Source: an uncultured Aquificales bacterium (lineage in GTDB: Bacteria > Thermosulfidibacterota > Thermosulfidibacteria > Thermosulfidibacterales > Thermosulfidibacteraceae). Taken from it: a stretch of 18,268 nucleotides of DNA. Positions 1-13,916 of this stretch are shown in pieces. Location: the NCBI GenBank assembly GCA_964411615.1, contig CAYPLO010000006.1, positions 7,524 to 25,791 of the forward strand. Reading direction: 5' to 3'. The number at the start of each line of letters is the position of its first letter. The first letter of the stretch is position 1. The position numbers and the translations under genes are program-made. The notes beneath the pieces were generated by a model that saw nothing but the letters and a program-made list of their open reading frames with translations, had not been told where the DNA came from and ran no database searches.

Positions 1-282
1 GTCAGGATGATGCTTGAGGGAACCCTAAAGGTCCCTGCGGAACACCTGATAGGATTCATAACGGAGGACGGGACAGCGGAGGAGAGGGGAGATGAAGTGG
101 AGTTGAAGGGCAAGGGAGAGGTGGCGGTATCAAGCACCCAGCTGCCCGGAGACCTTCTGGGAGACACAGGAGAGGGGCAGCTCATGATAGAGCTATCGGA
201 TGAGAAGATGATTATAAAGGTCAACCCTGAAGAGAAGGTCTTCTACAAGAACAGTCCCTTTGTGAGATGGTTCAAGCTGTGA
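1..282 (+). CDS. 3' part of a hypothetical protein (frame open from base 1; true start probably upstream of the window)
   Basis: Frame 1 is open from position 1 to TGA 280-282 with codon style like neighbouring genes, and ends 11 nt before the fmt start. No family motif recognised. Confidence 0.6.
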   Translation, partial: VRMMLEGTLKVPAEHLIGFITEDGTAEERGDEVELKGKGEVAVSSTQLPGDLLGDTGEGQLMIELSDEKMIIKVNPEEKVFYKNSPFVRWFKL

Positions 283-293
283 TGGAGGGGAAT

Positions 294-1195
294 ATGCGGG
301 TGGTCTTTGTGGGCACATCCGAATTCGGGATACCCGCCCTTGAAGCGATACACGGCAAGTTTGAGATACCCCTTGTGATAAGCCAGCCCGACAGGCCAAG
401 GGCCAGGGGGAGAAAGGTGCTTCCAACCCCTATAAAGGAAAAGGCTACCTCCCTCGGTATAGAGGTCATCACACCCGAGAAGATAGCAGAGGCCAGGGGC
501 AGAATAGAAGAGGTGGCACCGGAAGTGCTCCTTGTGGTCTCATACGGACAGCTGATACCGAAGGAGATACTGGAGATACCCTCTGCAGGGGCCCTCAACA
601 TACACCCCTCCCTCTTGCCCAGATACAGGGGGGCAGCACCCATACAGCGGGCCATAATGGCGGGGGAAGAAGAGACAGGGGTGACAATAATGTGGATGAA
701 CGAGAGGCTTGACGCTGGGGACATATTCCTGCAGGAGAGGGTTGAGATAGGGCCAGAGGAGACCTACGGGGAACTTCACGATAGACTGGCTAAGGTCTCT
801 GCAGAGCTTATAGTGAAGGCCTTAGATATGCTGGAGAAAGGAGAGATTATTCGCATACCCCAGAGGGAAGAGGAAGCCACCTACGCAAAGCCCATATCAA
901 AGGAAGAGACGGAGATAGACTGGAGCAGGCCCGCCCGGGAGGTGCACAACTTAGTTAGGGCCCTCTCACCCAAACCCGGCGCAAGGGCCACTATAAGTGG
1001 ACAGAGATTCAAAATCTACAGAGCGAGACCATCGGAAGGGGAAGGCACCCCCGGTGAGGTGGTGGTAAAGGACGTGAAGAAGGGCATACTCAAAGTGGCA
1101 TGTGGGGATGGATGCTTGGAGATACTTGAGATACAGCCTGAAGGCAAAAGAGTGATGGATGCTGCGAGCTTCCTGAGGGGCTACGGACACAAGAT

Positions 1196-1199
<4 letters not shown>
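294..1199 (+). CDS. fmt: Methionyl-tRNA formyltransferase
   Basis: MRVVFVGTSEFG N-terminus, SQPDRP, VVSYGQLIP, NIHPSLLPRYRGAAPI, LDAGDI, C-terminal QPEGKR. Start moved from 267 to ATG 294, which follows GGAGG at 284-288. Confidence 0.97.
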
Positions 1200-3882
<2,683 letters not shown>

Positions 3883-3904
3883 CACCCGAGGAGGTGGTGC
3901 TGAG

Positions 3905-4219
3905 GTGAAGAGGTTCAAGAGGTTCGCAGAGGCGGTCCTTGAGAGGGCGGTGATAGACCTTCTCAAACCCATAGCTGAGAACCGCAAAAAGACCCAGGAG
4001 TGGATAACCGCATACAAGTGGATATTTGACCCTGACTGGCCCTGCATCCTCAAGTTTGAGATATGCTGCGATGCACTTAACATAAACCCCGATGAGATGA
4101 GGGCGGTACTGAGAAGGGCCTGCTACGAAAAGAAGCTGGCAAAGGAGATACTTTTAAGAAGCAAGAAGGCAGAAGACATAACCAAAGAGCTACAGGAGAT
4201 ATACGAAGAGGAGGAGTGA
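3905..4219 (+). CDS. Small hypothetical protein, 104 aa, with 4 Cys
   Basis: GTG start preceded by GAGGAGGT (3888-3895). Fills the gap between ligA and atpC with host-like codon usage. No named domain recognised. Confidence 0.8.
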   Translation: MKRFKRFAEAVLERAVIDLLKPIAENRKKTQEWITAYKWIFDPDWPCILKFEICCDALNINPDEMRAVLRRACYEKKLAKEILLRSKKAEDITKELQEIYEEEE

Positions 4220-4234
4220 GTCCACTCCTCCTCT
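4207..4234. terminator. Perfect 12-bp hairpin at the convergent gene junction; candidate bidirectional terminator or 3'-end stabiliser without a U-tract
   Basis: AGAGGAGGAGTG (4207-4218), loop AGTC, CACTCCTCCTCT (4223-4234). Overlaps both stop codons. Terminator function is inferred from position only. Confidence 0.55.
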
Positions 4235-4636
4235 ATGCTGACACAAGCTTCTTTCTCGCCTTGAGGCGTTCAAGCTGCTTGAGGTAGGACTTTCTCTCCT
4301 CTTCGGAGAGGGAGAAATCGTAGGCCTTGGAGGACGCATCCTTAAGTTCCTCCTCAAGCTGGGCAGCGTCTATCTCCTCCTTGGTCTGGGCAAACTCAAC
4401 AAGGATAAGCACCTTGTAGGGCCTCACCTCGGCGTATCCCCAGCCAACGGCGTAGCTCCTCTCACCCTCAGGCCCGGAAAACCTCAGAACCCCCGGATGG
4501 ACCGTGGAGAGAAGGGGTGTATGACCGGGAAGCACGGTGAACTCACCGAGCCCCCCGGGAACCGTCACATACTCCACCTCCCCCGAGAAGACCAGCTTCT
4601 CAGGGGTTGCTATCTCAAGCTGCAACACCTTCCCCA

Positions 4637-4637
<1 letters not shown>
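4233..4637 (-). CDS. atpC: F1Fo ATP synthase epsilon subunit
   Basis: [30 protein letters not shown] and a C-terminal helical hairpin. Follows atpD with a TAATG overlap. Confidence 0.96.
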
Positions 4638-6947
<2,310 letters not shown>

Positions 6948-6959
6948 CTCAGCCCCCCG

Positions 6960-8468
6960 TTAAACCACAAAGGTCTTCTTGAACTCTTTAACCGCCTCGT
7001 GCATCTTCTGCTCAAGCTCCTTGGATATCTCCTTCTTCTCCCTTATCTCCTGAAGTATCTCAGGTCTGGATGTCCTCAGATACTCAAGATACTCCTGCTC
7101 AAACCTGGCAACGGCACTTACAGGCAAGTCGTCAAGGTATCCGTTAACTCCGGCAAAGATGACCGCTATCTGCTCCTCAACGGGCATGGGAGCGTACTGC
7201 TTCTGCTTGAGCAACTCCACCATACGCTCACCACGTATGAGGAGCTTCCTGGTGGCCTCGTCAAGCTCGCTGGCGAACTGGGCGAAGGCCTCCATCTCCC
7301 TGTACTGGGCCAGGTCCAGACGGAGCATTCCTGCAACCTGCTTCATGGCCTTTATCTGGGCAGCACCGCCAACCCTGGAGACGGAAAGACCAACGTTGAT
7401 GGCGGGACGTATACCTTTATAGAAGAGGTCCGTCTCAAGGTATATCTGTCCGTCGGTAATGGAGATGACGTTGGTGGGAATGTAGCCAGATATATCGCCG
7501 GCCTGGGTCTCAACTATGGGAAGGGCGGTAAGGGAGCCCCCACCCTTTTCGTCGCTCATCTTGGCAGCCCTCTCCAGCAGACGGGAGTGCAGATAGAAGA
7601 TGTCACCGGGGTAAGCCTCACGACCGGGAGGACGCCTGAGGAGCAGAGACACCTCCCTGTAGGCCTGGGCCTGCTTGGTGAGGTCGTCGTATATGACAAG
7701 GGCATGCATTCCGTTGTCCCTGAACCACTCTCCCATAGAGCAACCGGCGTAGGGTGCTATGTAGAGCATGGGAGCCGGGTCACTGGCGGTGGCCGCCACA
7801 ACGGTTGTGTACTCCATGGCCCCGTACTGTCTGAGCTTCTCAACTATCTGGGCAACGGTTGAGCGCTTCTGACCTATGGCCACGTAGATACAGTAAACAT
7901 CGGTATTCTTCTGGTTTATGATGGCATCTATGGCTATGGCGGTCTTACCCGTCTGACGGTCTCCAATGATGAGCTCTCTCTGTCCCCTGCCTATGGGAAT
8001 CATGGCATCTATGGCCTTGATTCCCGTCTGGAGGGGCTCACATACGGGCTTCCTGTCACATATACCGGGGGCGATTCTCTCAATGGGCAGGTACTCCTTG
8101 GCCTCAATGGGACCAAGGCCATCAATGGGCTGCCCCAGGGGGTTAACAACCCTTCCCAGAAGCTCCTTGCCCACAGGAACCGATATGATTCTTCCCGTCC
8201 TCTTTACCCTGTCCCCCTCCTTCACGTAAGTGTCGTCACCGAAAAGGATTACACCCACGTTGTCCTCTTCCAGGTTAAAGGCCATGCCCATGACACCGGA
8301 GGGGAACTCCACAATCTCAGAATACATAACGTTATCAAGACCATAGACACGGGCAACCCTGTCACCAACGTAGGTGACTATACCCTCCTCAGACAGCTCA
8401 ACGGTCCTTTCAAAATGTTCAATCCTCTCTTTGAGAACCTCACTTATCTCTTCCGCCCTTATCTGCAT
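6960..8468 (-). CDS. atpA: F1Fo ATP synthase alpha subunit
   Basis: [50 protein letters not shown]. Start placed at ATG 8468 ([15 protein letters not shown] 6 nt upstream); GTG 8477 is the alternative. Confidence 0.99.
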   Translation of the reverse strand: MQIRAEEISEVLKERIEHFERTVELSEEGIVTYVGDRVARVYGLDNVMYSEIVEFPSGVMGMAFNLEEDNVGVILFGDDTYVKEGDRVKRTGRIISVPVGKELLGRVVNPLGQPIDGLGPIEAKEYLPIERIAPGICDRKPVCEPLQTGIKAIDAMIPIGRGQRELIIGDRQTGKTAIAIDAIINQKNTDVYCIYVAIGQKRSTVAQIVEKLRQYGAMEYTTVVAATASDPAPMLYIAPYAGCSMGEWFRDNGMHALVIYDDLTKQAQAYREVSLLLRRPPGREAYPGDIFYLHSRLLERAAKMSDEKGGGSLTALPIVETQAGDISGYIPTNVISITDGQIYLETDLFYKGIRPAINVGLSVSRVGGAAQIKAMKQVAGMLRLDLAQYREMEAFAQFASELDEATRKLLIRGERMVELLKQKQYAPMPVEEQIAVIFAGVNGYLDDLPVSAVARFEQEYLEYLRTSRPEILQEIREKKEISKELEQKMHEAVKEFKKTFVV

Positions 8469-8473
8469 CCCTC

Positions 8474-9013
8474 TCACCTCTCCACAAGCTTTTCTTTTAT
8501 GAGTTCAAGGTTTCCTTTTATACTTCCATCAAAGACCATACCCCCTATGTGGGCCACAGCCCCGCCTATTATGGAGGGGTCCTCTTCAAGCTCCAGAACC
8601 ACTCTCTTCCCCATCCTCTCGGAGAACACCGCCTCAAGGGCCTCCTTCTCCTCCTCGGAGATGGGAGCAGCCACCCTGAGCACCCCCCTGACCTGCCCCA
8701 GCAGCTCATCGGCTATAGCCCTGAACTCCTGAACCACAAGGGGCAGCACGGGAACCCTCCCCTTCTCAACCACCAGAAGGAAGAAGTTCTTGAGGTAATC
8801 CGGCAAATCAAGGCTACCAACGTACTCCTTGGCAGCCTCAATCTTCTCCTTCACGCTTGTGACGGGAGTTGTGAGGAACCTGTAGAAGGCCGCATCCTGC
8901 ATGAGAGTATCGGTAAAACTCCTCAAGGCCTCGTAGGCCTCATCCAGGGATATCCCCTTCTCCTTGCAGTAGACGGCAAGTGCCTTTGCGTATCTTTTGG
9001 CCACAACCCTCAT
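8474..9013 (-). CDS. atpH: F1Fo ATP synthase delta subunit
   Basis: [10 protein letters not shown]-terminus, [20 protein letters not shown]-terminus, and position before atpA. Confidence 0.96.
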   Translation of the reverse strand: MRVVAKRYAKALAVYCKEKGISLDEAYEALRSFTDTLMQDAAFYRFLTTPVTSVKEKIEAAKEYVGSLDLPDYLKNFFLLVVEKGRVPVLPLVVQEFRAIADELLGQVRGVLRVAAPISEEEKEALEAVFSERMGKRVVLELEEDPSIIGGAVAHIGGMVFDGSIKGNLELIKEKLVER

Positions 9014-9573
9014 CAGTGAACCTCTTTCACCTTGTTTATGTAGTCCTTAAGGAGGCTCCTCTGGTCCTCCGGGGTCACCTTCTCCTTGAGAAGGCCCTCT
9101 GCAAGCTCAACAGCCAGGTTCACCGCCTCCTGCTGAAGCTCCCTCTTTGCCCTCTCAACCTCCAGGTCCACAGTGGCCTTGGCCTGTTGCCTCATCCTCT
9201 CCACCATTCTCTGGGTCTCCTCCTTTATACGGGCCACCTGCTCGTCCCTCTCCCTCTCAGCGTTTTTGAGAATCTGCTCAACCTCCCTCTCAAGGTTGGC
9301 CACCTTGGCCTTGGCCTCCTCAAACCTCTTCTCCGCCTCCTCCCTGGCCCTTCTGGCCTCCTCTATGGACCTGGCTATGCTCTCCCTCCTCTGGGCAAAG
9401 TGGTTCTTAAGGGCGTTCCCGGCAAACTTCCAAAGCAACCAGAGAAATACGGCGAAGTTGATGATTCGGAATATCTCCATCTTGAGGCTTACCTCGTGGT
9501 GCCCTCCCTCGGAAGCTAAGGCCACCTGAACCAGAAGAAGCAAGAACGTCAGAGAGACAGCAAATCTCTTCAT
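9013..9573 (-). CDS. atpF: Fo subunit b
   Basis: [13 protein letters not shown] membrane anchor followed by a long charged coiled coil; N-terminal signal-like extension; position in the atp cluster. Confidence 0.92.
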   Translation of the reverse strand: MKRFAVSLTFLLLLVQVALASEGGHHEVSLKMEIFRIINFAVFLWLLWKFAGNALKNHFAQRRESIARSIEEARRAREEAEKRFEEAKAKVANLEREVEQILKNAERERDEQVARIKEETQRMVERMRQQAKATVDLEVERAKRELQQEAVNLAVELAEGLLKEKVTPEDQRSLLKDYINKVKEVH

Positions 9574-10007
9574 GCCCTCTCCTCCAGTCTCCTTCCCAGA
9601 ATCTTCTCGGCTATGAGCACGGCAAGGAAGCTGGCGGTATCCCTGAGCTTCTTCCTCGCCTCCTCCTTCTCCCTCTCCAGCTGAGCCTTGAGCTGGGTCA
9701 GGGTCTGCTCAAACTCCCTCCTCACCTCAGCCAGAGCCTCCCTCTGCTCCTCCACAGCCCTCACCTTGGCCTCGTTCACCATCCTGATAGCCTTCTGCCT
9801 GGCCTCAACAAGCCTCTCCTCGTACTGGGAAAGCAGCTTCTCAGCCTCCTGGTTGAGCCTTTTAGCCTCCTCCAGATTCCCATCCACCGCCCTCTTCCTC
9901 TCATCCATGAGCCTGAAGAAGGGCTGGTAGAGGACCTTGTTCATCACAAGAACCAGGGCTATGAAGATGGCCATCTGTATGAGAATTGTGTAGTTGAGCG
10001 ATACCAT
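9570..10007 (-). CDS. atpF2: Fo subunit b' (second peripheral stalk subunit)
   Basis: [23 protein letters not shown]...MDER membrane anchor, coiled coil, ending AEKILGR. GGAGG ribosome-binding site upstream. ATGA overlap with atpF. Confidence 0.92.
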   Translation of the reverse strand: MVSLNYTILIQMAIFIALVLVMNKVLYQPFFRLMDERKRAVDGNLEEAKRLNQEAEKLLSQYEERLVEARQKAIRMVNEAKVRAVEEQREALAEVRREFEQTLTQLKAQLEREKEEARKKLRDTASFLAVLIAEKILGRRLEERA

Positions 10008-10042
10008 CTATCCCCTCCGCCCCGTTTGTGAAGTCCGTTGCT

Positions 10043-10071
10043 TGAGTATCAGCTACAACCGGGTAAGTCAA
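10043..10071 (-). promoter_or_regulatory. Candidate sigma70 promoter for the atp genes
   Basis: On the - strand: TTGACT (10071-10066, containing the parB stop), 17 nt spacer, TACTCA (10048-10043) preceded by TGn. Lies in the only sizeable gap (60 nt) of the minus-strand block. The -10 element lacks its final T. Confidence 0.45.
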
Positions 10072-10853
10072 GACTCCAAGGAAGATATAAATTTCTCCAC
10101 ATCATCCGGATTGCCCGTTATTACTGCCTTAGACGTTTTCTTTCCGTGAATTATCCTAACTTTGAGATTATAAGGCTTCAGGAATATTACCTTCTCCCCC
10201 CGGTTCTCCTTTTTGATTCTCCTCACCAGCTCCTCCGTCTCCCTGACGGAAAGCCCCTCCGAGAGAATCTGCCGGAATACCCTGAGCACGGCCTCCCCAT
10301 CGCCGAGGGAGAGGAGGGCCTTGGCGTGTCCAAGGGTTATCTTCCCCTCCCTAAGGGCATTGCACACCTCTTCCGGCAGCTTCAGAACCCTCATGATGTT
10401 GGCTATGTGGGCCCTGCTCTTTCCTGTAAGCTCCGCCATCTCCTCCTGGGTGTATCCAAACTCCTCACTGAGCCTTTTGTAATACAGGGCCTCCTCTATG
10501 GGGTTGAGGTTCTTCCTCTGGACGTTCTCAACTATGGAAAGGATTGCCGCATCCCTGTCCGTCCACCTGCCTATAACCACAGGTATTTCCCTTAGACCCG
10601 CTCTTCTGGCGGCAATCCACCTCCTCTCCCCCGCCACAATCCGGTACCTGCCTTCCCTCTCGACCACCACAACGGGCTGGAGCAGTCCGTGCCTCTTAAC
10701 AGACTCAACAAGCTCTTCTATACCTTCTTCCACCTCAAGCCTGGGCTGTCCATCACCGGGCTCAACAGCCTCAACGGGGACGAGCCTGTAGTTCACATCC
10801 CCCTCGCCACCAAGCAAGGCCTCAAGTCCCCTCCCTAAGCGTCCCTTGCGCAT
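10068..10853 (-). CDS. parB: Chromosome partitioning protein ParB (Spo0J)
   Basis: N-terminal [21 protein letters not shown], arginine patch [28 protein letters not shown] ([21 protein letters not shown]), LGHAKALL. Start moved from 10988 to ATG 10853. Confidence 0.97.
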   Translation of the reverse strand: MRKGRLGRGLEALLGGEGDVNYRLVPVEAVEPGDGQPRLEVEEGIEELVESVKRHGLLQPVVVVEREGRYRIVAGERRWIAARRAGLREIPVVIGRWTDRDAAILSIVENVQRKNLNPIEEALYYKRLSEEFGYTQEEMAELTGKSRAHIANIMRVLKLPEEVCNALREGKITLGHAKALLSLGDGEAVLRVFRQILSEGLSVRETEELVRRIKKENRGEKVIFLKPYNLKVRIIHGKKTSKAVITGNPDDVEKFISSLES

Positions 10854-11602
10854 CTCCTCAACACCTCTCTGGCCAGTTTCTTGTAAGCCATGGCCCCCGT
10901 GGACTTGGCATCGTAAAGGAGTATGGGAAGCCCGTAACTGGGAGCCTCGCAAAGCCTCACATTCCTGGGGATAATGGTGTAGAAACACTTGTCGGGAAAG
11001 TGCTCCCTGATTTCTGCCACAACCTCCTTGGAGAGCCTGGTTCTGGGGTCGTACATGGTCATGAGAAAGCCGGCTATCTCCAGCTTTGGATTGAACCTAT
11101 CCCTCACCATCTCCACCGTCCTGATAAGCTTGGCGAGGCCCTCAAGGGCGTAATACTCGCACTGGACAGGAACTATCACCCACCGACTCGCCACCAGGGC
11201 GTTAACCGTAAGGATTCCCAAGGATGGGGGACAGTCAATCATGCATATATCAAAACCCTCCAGCCCTTCCAGGGACCTCTTCAATCTGAACTCCCGCTCC
11301 TTTTCCTGTGCAAGCTCAATATCACACCCCACCAGGTCTATACTGGCAGGAACGAGGTAGAGGTTGGGCACCTTCGTCTCCAGGATAACAGAGGGTAGAG
11401 GAGTGCCCTCAACTATAACATTGTAGCTGTTCAGCCGGCTCCTGTCCGGTGCAAACCCCAGACCGCTTGTGGCGTTACCCTGAGGGTCCACATCCACCAG
11501 AAGTACCCTCCTTCCAGAGGCCGCCATGTAGGCGGAGAGATTGACGGCTGTGGTGGTCTTGCCCACCCCTCCCTTCTGGTTTGCCACGCTTATAACAATC
11601 AT
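10835..11602 (-). CDS. parA: Chromosome partitioning ATPase ParA (Soj)
   Basis: Deviant Walker [56 protein letters not shown]. Start moved to ATG 11602, which forms an ATGA overlap with the upstream oxidase stop. Confidence 0.97.
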   Translation of the reverse strand: MIVISVANQKGGVGKTTTAVNLSAYMAASGRRVLLVDVDPQGNATSGLGFAPDRSRLNSYNVIVEGTPLPSVILETKVPNLYLVPASIDLVGCDIELAQEKEREFRLKRSLEGLEGFDICMIDCPPSLGILTVNALVASRWVIVPVQCEYYALEGLAKLIRTVEMVRDRFNPKLEIAGFLMTMYDPRTRLSKEVVAEIREHFPDKCFYTIIPRNVRLCEAPSYGLPILLYDAKSTGAMAYKKLAREVLRRCARDA

Positions 11603-12954
11603 GCCCTGCCGAGATACTCTCTTATGGTATCGCACACCTTCGCCGATGCTCCTATGCAGTCGTTGAAGCCAACTCCTCTATAGGCGTTGCTGTGGAAGAA
11701 GAGCCCCACGGAACCTCCAAGCTCCTCAAGCCTTCTGACAATCCCCCAATGGCCGAGGACGTACTGGAGTATCCCTTTCTCATACCTGAACACCCAAACC
11801 TTCACGGGGTCCCCCTTTAACCCCAGAACGGCACCGAGCTCATCAAGCACAAGCCCAACAAGCTCCTTCTCCTCAAGTGTGGCAAGCTTTGGCTGCCTGG
11901 CCCCACCCACCATGGCCCTGAGAAGCACCTTCCCTTCGGGAGCCCTGTTGGGGAAGATGGAAGAGTCCCAGAGGCACCCCAGTATCCTGCCCTTTTCAGA
12001 GGAAGGAACCAGAAAGCCGAAGCCTTCAAGATTGTGGGATACATCCTCTTTTCTGTATCCCAAAGCCACAACGGATATGGGAGCGTAGGGTATCCTTGAG
12101 GATAGCCCCACCACATGGTCCATACCTTCTAAAACTTCGCCAACGGCATGGGCAGGCACACACAGGGCTATGGCCTTTGAGAATAAGCTTCCGTTTACGG
12201 TCTCAACCACCCACCCATGCTCCACCCTTGTGGCCTTCACATCGGTTCCTGTTATAAACTCAATCCTATCCTTCAAAAAGGAGAACAGGGCTTTTGGAAG
12301 CTCCTCAACACCATTAACAAAGCTTACAAGCCTTCCCGCAGGTCCAGCCTCCGCCCTTCCCCTTTTAAAGGCAAGGAAAAGCATACCCCTTATGAGGCTC
12401 CCGTGCTCCCTCTCAAGCCTCCACACCGCAGGAAAGGCGGCCTTAACGCTGAGCTCATAAGGACTTCCGGCGAATATACCGGCAACCATGGGGTCTATGA
12501 ACCTTTCAACAAACTCTCCACCCAGCCTCCTCTTCACAAAGTCTGCCACCGTCTCGTCCTCATCCCTCCCCTTCCCCACAAAGGGCTCAAGGAGCACCCT
12601 GAGCTTCCCCTTCCAGGAGAGCAGGGATGTCTTGAGAAAGGCGGCTGGAGTCACCGGAATCTCCCTGAGAACTCCGTCAACGAGCAGGTATCTGTGCCTT
12701 GCGTGTTCAGAGCTGGGGTAGAGCCTGTGTGATATGCCGAGTTCCTCTGCAAGCTCAAGGGCAAAGGGCTTGTTATCAAGAAAGCCGTTGGGTCCAGCCT
12801 CAACTACAAAGCCATCCTCCAGCACAGTGCGCAACTTTCCACCAACCCTGTGGGCCTTCTCAACCACCAGTATCCTCTCAACACCACCTCTGTAGAGCCT
12901 GTAGGCTAAGGACAACCCGGAGATGCCGGCACCCACTATAACAACATCGTACAA
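11599..12954 (-). CDS. hemY: FAD-dependent HemY-type protoporphyrinogen/coproporphyrinogen oxidase (often annotated hemG)
   Basis: Rossmann motif [26 protein letters not shown]...[41 protein letters not shown]. Likely TTG start at 12954 after GGAGGT. Adjacent to ferrochelatase. Confidence 0.93.
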   Translation of the reverse strand: MYDVVIVGAGISGLSLAYRLYRGGVERILVVEKAHRVGGKLRTVLEDGFVVEAGPNGFLDNKPFALELAEELGISHRLYPSSEHARHRYLLVDGVLREIPVTPAAFLKTSLLSWKGKLRVLLEPFVGKGRDEDETVADFVKRRLGGEFVERFIDPMVAGIFAGSPYELSVKAAFPAVWRLEREHGSLIRGMLFLAFKRGRAEAGPAGRLVSFVNGVEELPKALFSFLKDRIEFITGTDVKATRVEHGWVVETVNGSLFSKAIALCVPAHAVGEVLEGMDHVVGLSSRIPYAPISVVALGYRKEDVSHNLEGFGFLVPSSEKGRILGCLWDSSIFPNRAPEGKVLLRAMVGGARQPKLATLEEKELVGLVLDELGAVLGLKGDPVKVWVFRYEKGILQYVLGHWGIVRRLEELGGSVGLFFHSNAYRGVGFNDCIGASAKVCDTIREYLGRA

Positions 12955-13826
12955 TCCTCCACCTCCGCAGCCCTCATCCAGCACCTGTAGAGCCACTCAG
13001 AGTTCCAGGGAACGGGCACCCTCTTATAGACCTCAAAACCCATGGACAAGGCAAGCCTTGGAGCGTCAACATCAAGGTCGTAGAGGGTCTCAAGATGCTC
13101 ATTCACAAAGCTCACAGGCACCACAAGGACCCTTTTGATGCCCTCCATCAGAAGGTCCCCGAGAACCTCCTCCAGATAGGGCCTTGTCCACTCAAAAGGG
13201 CCCATCCTGCTCTGGAAGGCCACCCTGTAGTCCTTAACCCCGAGACACGAGGCGATGAGCCTGCAGCTCGCCAGCACCTCCCGGTAGTAAGGGTCCCCCC
13301 TGTTGATGACACTCATGGGAACCCCGTGGGCCACAAAGAGCAGATGCTCCCCATCCCACACCCTCTCTATAGCCTCCACCCACATGCTCACAAACTCCTC
13401 CAGCATCCAGTACCTGAGCACCACCCTGGCATTGATGCCGGCAGCACGGACAGCATCCAGCACAGAACCCGTGGTGGTGGTAGAGAAATGGGGATACTGG
13501 GGTATCACAACGGCCTCCTCGCAGCCCTTCAACACCTCCCCCAGGAGCGGGGAAGAGTAAAGGCATGCATATCTCACAGAGGCCCCAGATGCACGCTCCA
13601 GCCCCCTGGCCTGGCGCCTCATGATATCCAGAATGGGGGAACCTCCAATTGCCCTGTACCTTCCATAGGCTAAAGGAGCCCTGAAAAGGGCTATGGAGAG
13701 TGAAACAGCACTTCTCAGCGGCTCCGGCAGGGGCAGTATTCTCGGGTCCCGAAACATCCTGAAGAGAAAGACCGGATACTCCAGAAACCTGGCAACCCCA
13801 CCTGTGTTGACCAGCACATAGACCAT
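12936..13826 (-). CDS. hemH: Ferrochelatase
   Basis: Y..IGGSP, PQYPHFSTTTTGS, metal-binding His in FVAHGVP, GDPY, FQSRMGP.EW.RP, VPVSFVNEHLETLYDLD. Confidence 0.92.
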   Translation of the reverse strand: MVYVLVNTGGVARFLEYPVFLFRMFRDPRILPLPEPLRSAVSLSIALFRAPLAYGRYRAIGGSPILDIMRRQARGLERASGASVRYACLYSSPLLGEVLKGCEEAVVIPQYPHFSTTTTGSVLDAVRAAGINARVVLRYWMLEEFVSMWVEAIERVWDGEHLLFVAHGVPMSVINRGDPYYREVLASCRLIASCLGVKDYRVAFQSRMGPFEWTRPYLEEVLGDLLMEGIKRVLVVPVSFVNEHLETLYDLDVDAPRLALSMGFEVYKRVPVPWNSEWLYRCWMRAAEVEDCTMLL

Positions 13827-13833
13827 GCAGTCT

Positions 13834-13862
13834 TTTATACTTTAGCCACCACTGTTGAGCAA
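13834..13862 (-). promoter_or_regulatory. Candidate sigma70 promoter for hemH, possibly giving a leaderless mRNA
   Basis: On the - strand: TTGCTC (13862-13857), 17 nt spacer, TATAAA (13839-13834), 7 nt, then ATG. No SD sequence before the ATG. Confidence 0.45.
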
Positions 13863-13916
13863 ACACCTCCAACGTGTTTAAAAGGGTAGCTGGCCAACAC
13901 AGCTGTGGAGGAGGAG

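Noticed and set aside
10026..10032. TTGTGAA, resembling a Rex operator half-site, upstream of the atp genes
   Set aside because: The second half-site (TTCACAA after 4 nt) is absent.
10854..10988. 45-aa N-terminal extension of ParB in the ORF track
   Set aside because: Lies inside parA; the canonical ParB N-terminus ([10 protein letters not shown]) begins at 10853.
12955..12996. N-terminal extension of HemY (MALQVLDEGCGGGG)
   Set aside because: The Gly run is the translated SD region (GGAGGTGGAGGA); the Rossmann fold starts at TTG 12954.
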